A DNA stretch of 64,000 nucleotides from Candidatus Limnocylindria bacterium (GTDB lineage: Bacteria; Vulcanimicrobiota; Vulcanimicrobiia; Vulcanimicrobiales; Vulcanimicrobiaceae), in contig DATJHK010000008.1 in the NCBI GenBank assembly GCA_035493875.1, forward strand, positions 3,941-67,940. Reading direction: 5' to 3'. The notes under the pieces are model-generated. The model searched no databases. It was not told the origin of the DNA and worked only from the letters and a program-made list of their open reading frames with translations. Below are positions 26,715-40,109 of the stretch, one piece after another; the stretch's first letter is position 1; every line of letters starts with the position of its first letter. The position numbers were made by a program, and so were the translations under genes.

Positions 26715-29417
26715 ATGGACCGGAATCCCGAGCGCGCGCGGATCGAGGCGGCCGCGCGGCGTGCCGAGCACTGGCGTCGCTGGGGGCCGTATCTCAGCTG
26801 CCGGCAGTGGGGGACGGTCCGCGAAGACTACAGCGCCGACGGCAACGCCTGGGACTACTTTCCTTTCGAGCACGCGCGGCTGCGCGCGTACCGCTGGGGC
26901 GAGGACGGGATCCTCGGGATCTCCGACAACCACCAGCGCCTCTGCTTCGCGCCCGCGTTCTGGAACGAGCACGACCCGATCATCAAGGAGCGCTTCTACG
27001 GGCTGAACGGCCATCAAGGCAATCACGGCGAGGACGTCAAGGAGTATTGGTGGCACCTCGACGCCGTCCCGTCGCACGCGTATCTCAAAGCGCTCTACCG
27101 CTACCCGCAGCGCGCCTATCCGTACGACGAGCTGCGCGGCGAGAACGCGGCGCGCGGACGCCAGGGACGCGAGTACGAGCTGGTCGACACGGGGATCTTC
27201 GCCGACGACGCCTACTTCGACGTCGTGGTCGAGTACGCCAAGCGCGACGTCGACGATCTGCTGATCCGCATCACCGTCACGAACCACGGCCATGCGAGCG
27301 CGCCGTTTCACCTCATCCCGCAATGGTGGTTCCGCAACGAGTGGTCCTGGCGCGCGGGGACGCCCCGGCCGAGCATCCGCGACGCGTTCGCCGGCGGACG
27401 CATCCTGGTCGCCGAGCACGCGACGCTCGGCAAGCGCTGGATCTTCACCGACGGCGGCGAGAACGAGATCCTCTACACCGAGAACGATACCGACTACGAG
27501 CGCGCGTTCAACGTGCGCTCCGCTTCGCCGTTCGTCAAGAGCGGGATCGACCGCGCGGTGCGCGGCGAGGATCGTGAGGGGGTCAATCCGGGGCGGATCG
27601 GCACGAAGAGCGGGCTGCACTACCGCTGGCTGATCGAGCCCGGCGCGTCGCGCACCGCGCGCCTGCGGCTCTCGGACGATCCGAGCTGCGGCGGGATCGA
27701 CCGCGCCTTCGACGCGACGTTCGACGAACGCATCGAGGAGGCCGACCGGTTCTACGCCGCGCTCAACGCGACGCCGCTCGACCCCGAAGCCGCGCTGATC
27801 CAGCGCCGCGCGTTCGCCGGGCTGATCTGGTCCAAGCAGTTCTACAACTACGTCGTGCGCGACTGGCTCGTCGGCGACCCGTTGATGCCGGCGCCGCCAG
27901 CCGCGCGCAGACGCGGGCGCAACGCGAACTGGCGCCATCTCTACAACGACGGGATCCTCTCGATGCCCGACACCTGGGAGTATCCCTGGTACGCCTCCTG
28001 GGACCTCGCTTTCCACGTGATCCCGTTCGCGCTGATCGACCCCGACTTCGCCAAGGATCAGCTCACGCAGCTCACCCGCGAGTCGTACATGCATCCGAAC
28101 GGGCAGCTTCCGGCGTACGAATGGTCGTTCGACGACGTCAACCCGCCGGTCCACGCGTGGGCCGCGCTGCGCATCTACAAGATCGAGGCGAAGCGCAACG
28201 GCGGGATCGGCGACTTCGCGTTCCTCGAACGCGTCTTCCAGAAGCTGCTGATGAACTTCACCTGGTGGGTGAACCGCAAGGACATCACGGGGCACAACGT
28301 CTTCCAGGGCGGCTTCCTGGGTCTCGACAACATCGGCGTCTTCGACCGCAGCGCCGCGCTCCCGACCGACGGTCATCTCGCGCAGAGCGACGGCACGTCG
28401 TGGATGGCCGTCTACGCGCTCAACATGCTGGCGATCGCGATCGAGCTGGCGAAGGCCGACGACGTCTACGAGGACATCGCCTCGAAGTTCTTCGAGCACT
28501 TCCTGTACATCGCCGACGCGATGAACGCGCAGCGCGACGACGAGCAGGGGCTCTGGGATCCCGGCGACGAGTTCTACTACGATCAGCTCCTGCTGCCCGA
28601 CGGCGATCGCATCCCGCTCAAGGTCCGCAGCGTGGTCGGGATCATCCCGGTCTTCGCCGTCGAGACGCTCAACGCGGGGACGCTCGAGCATTTGCCGCGC
28701 TTGAAGAAACGCGTCGAGTGGTTCCTGCTCAACCGGCCCGAGCTCGCGGAGAACGTGGCGCGACTCGAACTGGGCGGGATGCGCGAGCGCAGGCTGCTCG
28801 CGATCTGCAGCCCCGACCGCTTGCGCCGGATCCTGCGCCGCGTCTTCGACGAGAACGAATTCCTCTCACCGTACGGGATTCGGATGCTCTCGCGGTTCCA
28901 CCGCGACTATCCGTACGTCCTCAAGGTCAACGGCTCGGAGTTCCGCATCGACTACGAACCGGCCGAATCGACGAGTGGAATCTTCGGCGGCAACTCGAAC
29001 TGGCGCGGACCGATCTGGTTTCCGCTCAACTACCTCTTGATCGAGTCGCTCCAGAAGTTCCACTACTACCTGGGCGACGACTACAAGGTCGAGTTCCCGA
29101 CAGGATCGGGCCGTATGCTCACGCTCTGGGAGTGCTCGCAAGAGCTCGCGCGCCGGCTCGCGTCGCTCTTCCGCCGCGATGCCGACGGTTTTCGCCCGTT
29201 CAACGGGCAGAATGCGCTCTTCCAGCACGACCCGCAGTGGCGCGATCAGATCTTCTTCCACGAGTATTTCAACGGCGAGACCGGCGAGGGTCTCGGCGCG
29301 TCGCACCAAACCGGCTGGACGGCGCTGGTCGCCAAGCTCTTGCAACAACTCGCGGAATACGGCGGACCGACGCACCCGCAAGTCGCCGCCGACTTCGATG
29401 TAGCGCTGCTGCGCTAG
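26715..29417 (+). CDS. GH63-like (processing alpha-glucosidase/MGH1-like) glycoside hydrolase
   Basis: Start set to ATG 26715, 6 nt after GAGGAA. It is ~900 aa with WGPYLSCRQWGTVREDYSADGNAWDYFPFEHARLRAYRWGEDGILG and YPWYASWDLAFH ... NPPVHAWA ... GFLGLDN ... SNWRGPIWFPLNYLLIE, which are family signatures as I recall them. Confidence 0.75.
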   Translation: MDRNPERARIEAAARRAEHWRRWGPYLSCRQWGTVREDYSADGNAWDYFPFEHARLRAYRWGEDGILGISDNHQRLCFAPAFWNEHDPIIKERFYGLNGHQGNHGEDVKEYWWHLDAVPSHAYLKALYRYPQRAYPYDELRGENAARGRQGREYELVDTGIFADDAYFDVVVEYAKRDVDDLLIRITVTNHGHASAPFHLIPQWWFRNEWSWRAGTPRPSIRDAFAGGRILVAEHATLGKRWIFTDGGENEILYTENDTDYERAFNVRSASPFVKSGIDRAVRGEDREGVNPGRIGTKSGLHYRWLIEPGASRTARLRLSDDPSCGGIDRAFDATFDERIEEADRFYAALNATPLDPEAALIQRRAFAGLIWSKQFYNYVVRDWLVGDPLMPAPPAARRRGRNANWRHLYNDGILSMPDTWEYPWYASWDLAFHVIPFALIDPDFAKDQLTQLTRESYMHPNGQLPAYEWSFDDVNPPVHAWAALRIYKIEAKRNGGIGDFAFLERVFQKLLMNFTWWVNRKDITGHNVFQGGFLGLDNIGVFDRSAALPTDGHLAQSDGTSWMAVYALNMLAIAIELAKADDVYEDIASKFFEHFLYIADAMNAQRDDEQGLWDPGDEFYYDQLLLPDGDRIPLKVRSVVGIIPVFAVETLNAGTLEHLPRLKKRVEWFLLNRPELAENVARLELGGMRERRLLAICSPDRLRRILRRVFDENEFLSPYGIRMLSRFHRDYPYVLKVNGSEFRIDYEPAESTSGIFGGNSNWRGPIWFPLNYLLIESLQKFHYYLGDDYKVEFPTGSGRMLTLWECSQELARRLASLFRRDADGFRPFNGQNALFQHDPQWRDQIFFHEYFNGETGEGLGASHQTGWTALVAKLLQQLAEYGGPTHPQVAADFDVALLR

Positions 29418-29781
29418 ATCCCGAGCAAGCCCCGGAACGCCGAGGCGTCCCCGCAGCCGCGCCGTAGCCGAATCCTTCGAGCACGTTCATGATGCTCTGC
29501 GCCGGACCCGAGCGCGTGGCGACCCCCCGAGCGTGGGTTCGTGGACCGCTCGGCCCGTGCTTCACCGTCGCGCATGCAGGAGCATGCCGACGACGAGCCG
29601 CGTCGCAACGTGCGAGGGTGACGGACGCAGACTTGACTGCATGTCAACTCATCCTTTCCCGGCATCGCTGCCGAGAGGTTCGGATCGCACGAAAATCCGC
29701 GAGCGACGCCCGCTGCGCCTTGGGGCTACCGAATGCCCGTCCCCTGCCGGATTCGCGCCGACGAGCGAGTAACTTGGAGAG

Positions 29782-31124
29782 ATGCGCTACGATCTCGCGG
29801 TCATCGGCTCGGGGCAGGGCGGCGTCCCGCTTGCATTGGACTTCGCCAAGTCCGGCAGACGCGTCGTCCTGTTCGAGCGCGGCGACCTCGGCGGTACGTG
29901 CGTGAACGTCGGCTGCACGCCTTCGAAGTCGTTCCTCGCCTCCGCGCACGCTGCCGGACGCGCGCGGCGCGCCGGCCGGCTCGGCGTCGAAGCGCAGGTG
30001 CGGGTCGACGTCCCGGCCGTGATGGAACGCGTGCGCACGATCGTCGGCGAATGGCGCGACGGCGTCGAGGCGAAGCTTGCGCGCAGCAGCGTTCAGCTGG
30101 TGCGCGCCGAGGCCTCGTTCGAGGCGCCGCACCGCCTCCGCGCCGACGGTGAGATCTACGAGGCGGAACAGGTCGTGCTCGACACGGGAACGCGCCCCAC
30201 CATCCCCCCGGTCGACGGCTTGACCGGAACGCCGTTTCTGACCAACACGACGTTCTTCCGCCAGGAGACGCTCCCGCGCCGCATGATCGTGCTCGGTTCC
30301 GGCTACATCGGCTTGGAGCTCGGGCAGGGTGCCGCGCGCTTGGGGACCGAGGTCACGCTCGTCACGCCGGACGACCGCATCCTCGCGCGCGAGGAGCTCG
30401 ACGTCTGCTCCGTGCTGACGCGCTCGCTCGGCATCGACGGGGTCCGCACGCTCCTCGAGCGCCGCGCCGTGCGCGTCGCGCATGACGGCGAGCGCTTCAC
30501 CGTCACGCTCGACGAGGGCACGGTGCTCGAGGCGGAAGCGCTGCTCGTCGCGATCGGCCGCACGCCGAACGTTCCCGAGGGGACGATCGAGCGCGCCGGC
30601 ATCGCGCTGGACGAGCGCGGCTTCGTGCAATGCGATCCGTATCTGCGCACGTCGGTCGCGCAGCATTTCGCGCTCGGCGACGTCGCGGGCCAGCCGCAGT
30701 TCACGCACGTCTCGTGGGAGGACTTCCGCCGCCTGCGCGCCGTCCTCAAAGGCGATCGTTCGCGCACGCGCGACGACCGGGTGCTGGCGTACGCGATGTA
30801 CACCGAGCCGCAGGTGGGACGCGTCGGGATGACCGCCGACGATGCCGTGCTGCGCGGGATCGACCACCGCGTGGTGACGCTCCCGCTCGCCGACGTCGCG
30901 CGCGGCGCCGAGTGGGGACTCGAGGAAGGCTTCTTCCGCTTGGTCGTCGATCCGACCAACGATGCGATCCTCGGCGCGACGTTCATCGGCTACGAAGCCG
31001 GGGAACTGATCCACGTGATTCTCGCACACATGGAAGCCGGATCGACCTGGCGCGTCCTCGAGCGGTCGGTCCACGTTCACCCAACCTTCGCCGAAGGGAT
31101 CCCTTCGCTCGCCCGGCTGCTCGC

Positions 31125-31128
<4 letters not shown>
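29782..31128 (+). CDS. Class I pyridine nucleotide-disulfide oxidoreductase (mercuric/dihydrolipoamide reductase-like flavoprotein)
   Basis: YDLAVIGSGQGGVPLA FAD motif. The redox-active disulfide is GGTCVNVGCTPSK, the NAD motif is VLGSGYIGLELGQ, and the C-terminal dimerisation region contains HVHPTFAE. Confidence 0.8.
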
Positions 31129-33292
<2,164 letters not shown>

Positions 33293-33296
<4 letters not shown>

Positions 33297-35371
33297 TCTC
33301 GGCGCGACCGCGCGTCGAGCCGGGTGTTCCCTACCCCCTTGGTGCGACCTGGGACGGCTCGGGCGTAAACTTCGCGCTCTTCAGCGCGAACGCCGAACGT
33401 GTCGAGCTGTGCCTGTTCGACCAGCGCGGTCGGCGCGAACTGGCGCGCATCGCGCTGCCGGAGTACACCGACGAGGTGTGGCATGGGTACCTGCCGGACG
33501 CGCGCCCGGGGATGCTCTACGGCTACCGCGTGTACGGGCCGTACGACCCTGCGCGCGGACACCGGTTCAACCACCACAAGCTGCTGCTCGACCCGTACGC
33601 GAAGGCGATCAGCGGAACGATCCGCTGGAGCGACGCGCACTACGGCTACCGCATCGGCGCAGCGCGCGAGGACCTCTCGTTCGACCGCCGCGACAACGCG
33701 AGCGGGATGCCCAAGTGCGTCGTCCTCGAGAGCGCGTTCACCTGGGGCGATGACCAGCGCCCGGCGGTGCCGTGGACGGAGACGGTGCTCTACGAGCTGC
33801 ACGTGCGGGGCTACACGATCCAGCATCCGGGCGTGCAGCCCGCGCTGCGCGGGACGTTCGCCGGGCTCGCCGACCCCGCGGTCGTGCAGTATCTGCTCGA
33901 TCTGGGCGTGACGACGCTCGAGCTGCTCCCGGTCCACGCGTTCGTCGACGACCGGCACCTCGTCGAGAAGCGGCTGCGCAACTACTGGGGCTACAACTCG
34001 CTCGGCTTCTTCGCGCCGGACGCGCGCTACATGCAGGCCGATCCGAGCGAGTTCAAGACGATGGTCAAGCACCTGCACGAAGCGGGGATCGAGGTCGTGC
34101 TCGACGTCGTCTACAACCACACCGCCGAAGGAAACCACCTCGGGCCGACGCTCTCGTTCCGCGGGATCGACAACGCATCGTACTACCGGCTGACCGAGGA
34201 TCCGCGCTATTACGACGACATGACGGGGACGGGCAACACGCTCGACCTGCGCCATCCGCGCGTGCTGCAGCTCGTCACCGACTCGCTGCGCTACTGGGTC
34301 GAGGAGATGCACGTCGACGGCTTCCGCTTCGACCTCGCACCGGCGCTCGCGCGGGAGAACAACGGCTACGCGCGCGACGCGGCGTTCTTCAAGGTGCTCG
34401 CGCAAGACCCGGTCCTTTCGCGCGTCAAGCTGATCGCCGAGCCGTGGGACGTGGGGCTGGGCGGCTATCAGGTCGGGAACTTCCCGCCCGGCTGGTCGGA
34501 GTGGAACGGGAAATACCGCGACGCGGTGCGCCGCTTCTGGCGCGGCGACCACGGGATGCTGCCGGAGCTCGCTTCGCGTCTGGCGGGCTCGGCGGACCTG
34601 TTCGAGCACCAGGGACGCCGGCCGCGCGCGGGGATCAACTTCGTCACCGTCCACGACGGCTTCACCCTCGCCGACCTGGTCTCGTACAACCACAAGCACA
34701 ACGACGGGAACCTCGAGGACAATCGCGACGGCGTCGACGACAACCTGAGCTGGGATTGCGGCGTCGAAGGCCCAACCGACGATCCGGAGATCGTCAACCT
34801 GCGCGAGCGCCAGAAGCGCAACTTCATCGCGACGCTGTTGCTCTCGCTGGGCGTCCCGCTGATCCTGGCGGGCGACGAGCACGGACGCTCCCAACGCGGG
34901 AACAACAACGCGTACTGTCAGGACAACGAGATCTCGTGGCTCGACTGGAACGGCCGCGGCCCGCGCGATCTGGCACTGGAGGAGTTCGTCAAGACGGTGA
35001 TGCGCCTACGCAAACGCCACCCCGCCTTCAAACGCGACGCGTTCTACCACGGCCGGCCGATCGACGGGAGCGGCCGCAAGGACATCGCGTGGACCAAGTC
35101 CGACGGCTCCGAGATGGAGCCGTCGGACTGGGCCCCCGAGCATCGCACGATCGGCCTGTTCCTCGGGGCGCATCCGATGCTCTTCGTGGCGATGAACGCG
35201 GCGCCGGACGACGTGACGTTCACGCTCCCCGACACCGAGCGCGTGACGTGGTCGCTCGTTCTCGACACCGCGATCGAAGGCGGCGCGCCGCGTGACGTGC
35301 CGGCCGACATCGTCGTGCACTACCCGATGCTCTCCCGTTCGCTCGCGCTCTTCGCGGGGCGTCTGCGATGA
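33293..35371 (+). CDS. glgX: Glycogen debranching enzyme GlgX (isoamylase type)
   Basis: PYPLGATWDGSGVNFALFSANAERVELCLFD ... YWGYNSLGFFAP ... VVLDVVYNHTAEG ... DGFRFDLA ... LIAEPWD ... FVTVHDGFTL. I prefer GTG 33293 (GTGA overlap with the glgB stop). TTG 33281 in the track is the alternative. Confidence 0.9.
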
Positions 35372-37401
35372 ACCGCGTCGCGCGTTCGTACGTCGACGCG
35401 CTCGGCACCACGCGCGTCGCGGCGCCGGAGACCGTCGCGCAGTTCGAAGCGCTGCTCGGCGCCGACGAGCGCGACCTCGCCGCGCCGACCATCGTGCTGC
35501 GCGACGAGGAGCCGCTCGCACTGGAGGTGACGCTCCCCGCCGCGAGCTGGTCGGAACCGCTGCGCTGGGAGCTGTTCCCGGAGCGCGGCGACCCGGAGCG
35601 CGGCGAGGCTCAGCTGCGCGACGCGCCGGTGGTTCACGCCGATCACCGCCCGGACGGCACCTACGACACGCGCCGCGTCACGCTGCGCGCGCCGCTCCCG
35701 CGCGGGATCCACCGGCTCGCGCTGAGCGCCGGCGCGTACGGGAGCGCGACGGTCGCGGTCATCGTCGTCCCGCCGCGCGCGCAGGCTCCGCAGGGCCGCA
35801 CCTGGGGGATCGCGCTGCAGCTCTACACGCTGCGCTCCGCGCGCAATCACGGGATCGGCGACTTCGCCGACCTGCGCGCGTTCTGCGAACTGGTCGGAGA
35901 GCGGGGCGCGTCGTACGTCGGAATCAACCCGTTGCACGCCGGCTTCCGCAGCGACCCGGAGGCGGCAAGTCCGTACGCGGCGGCGTCGCGGCGCTGGCTC
36001 AACGTGTTGGCGATCGCGCTCGACGACGTCCCGGAAGCAGCCTCCCCCGCGGCGCGCGCGATCTTCGACGATCCGGCGACGCCGGCGCGCGTCGCCGCCC
36101 TGCGCGGTGCCTCGAACGTCGACTACCGCGGGGTGATGGGGTTCAAGGACGAGGTGCTGCGCGCGTGCTTCGCGGCGCTCTGCGCCGACGGGGTGCGGCG
36201 CGCCGCCTTCACCGCGTGGTCCGAAGCGCAGGGCGAACCGTTGCGCCGCTTCGCGATCTACGAGGCGCTCGTCGCGCGCCACGGTCGCGACCTCGCGGCG
36301 TGGCCCGCGGGCGTGCGCGCGCCGGACGGCCCGGGGATCGCGGCGTTCGCCGAAGCGGAAGCCGAGGAGATCGCGTTCGCGACGTACCTGCAATGGCTCG
36401 CCGCCGAGCAGCTCGCCGCGGTCGCCGCCGCGGCGGCGCGCAGCGGCGTGCGGCTCTACCGCGATCTCGCCGTCGGCGTCGATTCCGGCGCCGCGGACGT
36501 CTGGGTCGACGCGCAGGCCTACGTCGCCGGCGTCTCCGTCGGCGCGCCGCCCGACGCGCTCAACACGCTGGGTCAGGACTGGGGTCTTCCCCCGCTCGAT
36601 CCGCGCGGTCTCGTGCGCGAGGCCTACGCCGAGCTGCTGGCGCTGCTCGAGGCGAATTGCCGCGACGCCGGCGCGCTGCGGATCGACCACGCGATGTCGC
36701 TCGCGCGTCTCTACTGGATCCCGCGCGGCGCCGACGCGCGCAGCGGGACCTACGTGCAGTATCCCTTCGACGACCTGCGCGGGATCGTCGCGCTCGCGAG
36801 CGTCCGCGCCGGCTGCGTCGTGATCGGTGAGGATCTCGGCACGGTGCCGGAAGGGTTCCGCGAGGCGATGGCCGCGACCGGGATCCTCTCCTACCGCATC
36901 TTGTTCTTCGAACGGGACGCCGACGGCGCATTCGTCCCGCCCGAGCGCTACCCCGCCCTCGCGCTCGCCGCCTCGGGAACCCACGATCTCGCCACGATCC
37001 CCGCCTGGCTCCGCGGCGAAGACGTCGCCCTGCGCGACCGCCTCGGGCTCCTCGAAACGCCGCTCGAGGACGAGCGCGCCGCACGCGAGCACGACCGCGC
37101 CCGCCTCCTCGACGCCCTGATCGCGCACGGTGACCTGCCCCCCGATCGGCGAGACGACCCGACGTCGATCGTGATCGCCGCCAACCGATACCTCGCCGCG
37201 ACGCCCTGCGCGATCGTCATGGCGCAACTCGACGACATCCTGGGCGAACGCGCCCCCGTCAACATCCCGGGAACCTCGACGCAATACCCGAACTGGCGAC
37301 GCAAGCTTTCCACCGATCTCGCCGACCTCGCCGCCGACGACCGACTGAGCCGCCTCTGCACCACCCTCGCCAACCTCCGCCCCCGCCCCGAAACCGCATG
37401 A
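35368..37401 (+). CDS. malQ: 4-alpha-glucanotransferase (amylomaltase, long GH77 form)
   Basis: ATG 35368 overlaps the glgX TGA (ATGA). GH77 core: WGIALQLYTLRSARNHGIGDFADL, GVRLYRDLAVGV, GALRIDHAMSL, VIGEDLGTVP, GTHDLATI. It has a ~150-aa N-terminal extension. Confidence 0.85.
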   Translation: MNRVARSYVDALGTTRVAAPETVAQFEALLGADERDLAAPTIVLRDEEPLALEVTLPAASWSEPLRWELFPERGDPERGEAQLRDAPVVHADHRPDGTYDTRRVTLRAPLPRGIHRLALSAGAYGSATVAVIVVPPRAQAPQGRTWGIALQLYTLRSARNHGIGDFADLRAFCELVGERGASYVGINPLHAGFRSDPEAASPYAAASRRWLNVLAIALDDVPEAASPAARAIFDDPATPARVAALRGASNVDYRGVMGFKDEVLRACFAALCADGVRRAAFTAWSEAQGEPLRRFAIYEALVARHGRDLAAWPAGVRAPDGPGIAAFAEAEAEEIAFATYLQWLAAEQLAAVAAAAARSGVRLYRDLAVGVDSGAADVWVDAQAYVAGVSVGAPPDALNTLGQDWGLPPLDPRGLVREAYAELLALLEANCRDAGALRIDHAMSLARLYWIPRGADARSGTYVQYPFDDLRGIVALASVRAGCVVIGEDLGTVPEGFREAMAATGILSYRILFFERDADGAFVPPERYPALALAASGTHDLATIPAWLRGEDVALRDRLGLLETPLEDERAAREHDRARLLDALIAHGDLPPDRRDDPTSIVIAANRYLAATPCAIVMAQLDDILGERAPVNIPGTSTQYPNWRRKLSTDLADLAADDRLSRLCTTLANLRPRPETA

Positions 37402-37597
37402 ACCGCACCGCCAGAGAAAACGAAATGCAATCGCGCCACACACCGCGCACGAAGGAAACGGTAACGCAGACAGCAGGCACCATGTTGTTGCGCGCGCCCT
37501 CGGGGAATAGTGCCCCTATGACAATCGCGAGCGCGCGAACGCCCGGGGGCCCCGCGCAACGCGCGGAGGGCACGGAGCGAAGCGGAGTGCCTAGAAC

Positions 37598-40108
37598 GTG
37601 AAAGCCGTGCTGATGGCCGGCGGCGAAGGATCGCGGCTGCGGCCGCTGACCTCGCGCCGCCCCAAACCGCTCGCACCGGTCGCGGGGAAACCGGTGATGG
37701 AGCATATCGTGAACCTGCTGCGCAAGCACGGGTTCACCGAGATCGTGGCGACGCTGCACTATCTGGCAGACGAGATCGAGTCGTACTTCGGCGACGGCAG
37801 CGCGCACGGCGTGACGATGCACTACGTCGTCGAGGACACGCCGCTCGGTACCGCCGGCGCCGTCAAGCTCGCCAACGATCTCTTGCAGGGCGAACCGTTC
37901 CTGATCATCAGCGGCGACGCGCTCACCGACGTCGACCTGACCGCGATCGTACGGCATCATCGCGAGCAGCAGAACGACGTGACGATCGCGCTGCAGCGCG
38001 TCACGAATCCGCTCGAGTTCGGCGTCGTCGTCACCGACGAGAACGGGAAGATCGTCCGCTTCCTCGAGAAGCCGTCGTGGGGCGAGGTCTTCTCCGACAC
38101 GATCAACACCGGGATCTACGTCCTCGAACCGCAGATCCTCGAGAAGATGACGCGCGGGCGCGTCTACGACTGGTCGCGCGATCTGTTCCCGGAGATGCTG
38201 CGCGAGGGCGCGCGCCTGGGCGGCTACGTCTTCGACGCCTACTGGACCGACATCGGCAACCTCGAACAGTATCAGCAGGCGAACTACGACGCGATCTCCG
38301 GGAAAGTCGCGATCGAGATCGAGGGCGAGGAGATCGCCCCGGGCGTGCGCGCCGGCGCGGGGACGAAGATCGATCCGGATGCGCAGATCGAAGGGCCGGT
38401 CATCCTCGGGCGCGACGTGCGGATCGGCGCCGGTGCGTCGATCGCGGGACCGACCGTGATCGGAGACCGTGCGATCGTCGAGCGCCACGCGACCGTCTGC
38501 CGCACCGTCGCCTGGGAGGACGTGTACGTCGGCGAGGAGGCGGTGCTCAACGACTGCACCGTCGCCGACCGCAACACGATCGAGCGGCGCGCCACGGTCA
38601 ACGAGAACACGGTGATCGGGCGCGGCTGCACGATCGGCGCGGGCGCGACGGTCAACGCGCACCTCAAGCTCTGGCCCGACAAGTGGGTCAGCGCCGGGTC
38701 GATCGTCTCGATGTCGCTGATCTACGGGCAGAAGTGGCCGGGCTCGCTGTTCGGCTCGACCGGGATCAGCGGCCTTGCGAACCTGGAGATCACGCCGGAG
38801 TTCGCGCTCAAGCTGGGACAGGCGTTCGGATCGTCGCTCAAGCCGGGCCAAGCCGTGATGACGAGCCGCGACACGCACCCCGCCTCGCGGGTGATGAACC
38901 GCTGCATCATCTCGGGGCTGCTCAGCGTCGGCATCAACGTGCTCGATCTGCGTTCGTATCCGCTCCCGCTCGCGCGCTACGCCGTACGCGTCGGCGGCGA
39001 CGGCGGTGTCCACGTGCGCGTCGCGCCCGACGATCCGAACTCGCTGGTGTTCGAGTTCTTCGACGACAGCGGGATCGGGATCGACAAAGGCGCGGAGCGC
39101 AAGGTCGAAAACCTCTTCTTCCGCGAGGACTTCCGCCGCACGCCGATGGACGAGGTCGGGATCCTCGACTTCCCCTCGCGCGCGCTCGAGCGCTACGCCG
39201 GCGCGTTCGCCGAGGCGATCGACGGCGGCGCGCTCAAGGAGGCGAACTTCCGCGTCGTCATCGACTACGCATACGGCAACGCTTCGATCGTGCTGCCGGG
39301 CGTTCTCGGAGGGCTGGGCGTCGAGCAGATCGCGCTCAACGCCTACTTCGACGCCGAGAAGGTGCGCACGTTCCGCACCGACCGCGAGCGGCATCTGCAC
39401 CAGCTCACCTCGGTCGTCACCTCGCTCGAGGCGAACCTCGGCGTGCTGATCGACGCGGACGGCGAGACGGTGACGCTCGTCGACGACACCGGGCGCATCG
39501 TCGGGCGCAACCGGCTGATGACGCTGCTGACGCTCCTGGTCGCGCGCGCGAAACCGGGCGCGCGGATCGCGATGCCGCTGACCGTTCCGTCGGTGATCGA
39601 GGAGATCGCGGCGGAGAACGGCGCGACGATCGTGCGCACCCGCAGCGACCGCCGCTCGCTCATGGCGCTCGCCGAGCGCGAAGGAAAGGACCTCGCGTTC
39701 GCCGGCGGGATGAACTACGAGCTGATCTTCCCGGAGTTCCAGCCCGCGTTCGACGGGATCTTCGCGACCGCGAAGATCATGGAGATGCTCGCCGGCGAGC
39801 ACCGCAAGCTCTCGGAGCTGGTCGACATGCTGCCGCGCTGGCACATCGCCGGCCGTGTCGTGCCCTGCCCGTGGGACCGCAAGGGCGCGGTGATGCGCTC
39901 ACTGCACGACGAGGCGGCGCACGCCGGCAACGGCAAGGTGGAGACGCTCGACGGCGTGCGCCTCGCGCGCCGCGACGGCTGGGTGCTCGTCCTCCCCGAC
40001 GCGACGGACGCGTCGGTGAACATCTGGGCCGAAGGCCCGACCGACGAACAGGCCTCCTTCTACGCCGACGAGATCGCCGACCGCGTGCGGTCGATCGCGT
40101 CGACCTAG
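37598..40108 (+). CDS. Bifunctional sugar-1-phosphate nucleotidyltransferase (with LbH domain) / phosphomannomutase-phosphoglucomutase fusion
   Basis: 836 aa, GTG start. The N-terminus MKAVLMAGGEGSRLRPLTSRRPKPL is the NTP-transferase G-loop. The middle has hexapeptide repeats. The C-terminal ~450 aa carry the PGM/PMM four-domain pattern (GVHVRVAPDD..., DADGETVTLVDD...). Confidence 0.85.
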   Translation: MKAVLMAGGEGSRLRPLTSRRPKPLAPVAGKPVMEHIVNLLRKHGFTEIVATLHYLADEIESYFGDGSAHGVTMHYVVEDTPLGTAGAVKLANDLLQGEPFLIISGDALTDVDLTAIVRHHREQQNDVTIALQRVTNPLEFGVVVTDENGKIVRFLEKPSWGEVFSDTINTGIYVLEPQILEKMTRGRVYDWSRDLFPEMLREGARLGGYVFDAYWTDIGNLEQYQQANYDAISGKVAIEIEGEEIAPGVRAGAGTKIDPDAQIEGPVILGRDVRIGAGASIAGPTVIGDRAIVERHATVCRTVAWEDVYVGEEAVLNDCTVADRNTIERRATVNENTVIGRGCTIGAGATVNAHLKLWPDKWVSAGSIVSMSLIYGQKWPGSLFGSTGISGLANLEITPEFALKLGQAFGSSLKPGQAVMTSRDTHPASRVMNRCIISGLLSVGINVLDLRSYPLPLARYAVRVGGDGGVHVRVAPDDPNSLVFEFFDDSGIGIDKGAERKVENLFFREDFRRTPMDEVGILDFPSRALERYAGAFAEAIDGGALKEANFRVVIDYAYGNASIVLPGVLGGLGVEQIALNAYFDAEKVRTFRTDRERHLHQLTSVVTSLEANLGVLIDADGETVTLVDDTGRIVGRNRLMTLLTLLVARAKPGARIAMPLTVPSVIEEIAAENGATIVRTRSDRRSLMALAEREGKDLAFAGGMNYELIFPEFQPAFDGIFATAKIMEMLAGEHRKLSELVDMLPRWHIAGRVVPCPWDRKGAVMRSLHDEAAHAGNGKVETLDGVRLARRDGWVLVLPDATDASVNIWAEGPTDEQASFYADEIADRVRSIAST

Positions 40109-40109
40109 C

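Noticed and set aside
26169-28691. 840-aa minus-strand ORF
   Set aside because: It is antisense to the GH63-like gene and part of the GDE gene. The composition is biased (V/R/D/E/A repeats mirroring codon position 3) and there are no motifs.
35320-39844. Two very long minus-strand ORFs (35320..37443, 707 aa; 37259..39844, 861 aa)
   Set aside because: They are antisense to malQ and to the nucleotidyltransferase/PMM fusion, both of which have unambiguous motifs. They are high-GC shadow ORFs.
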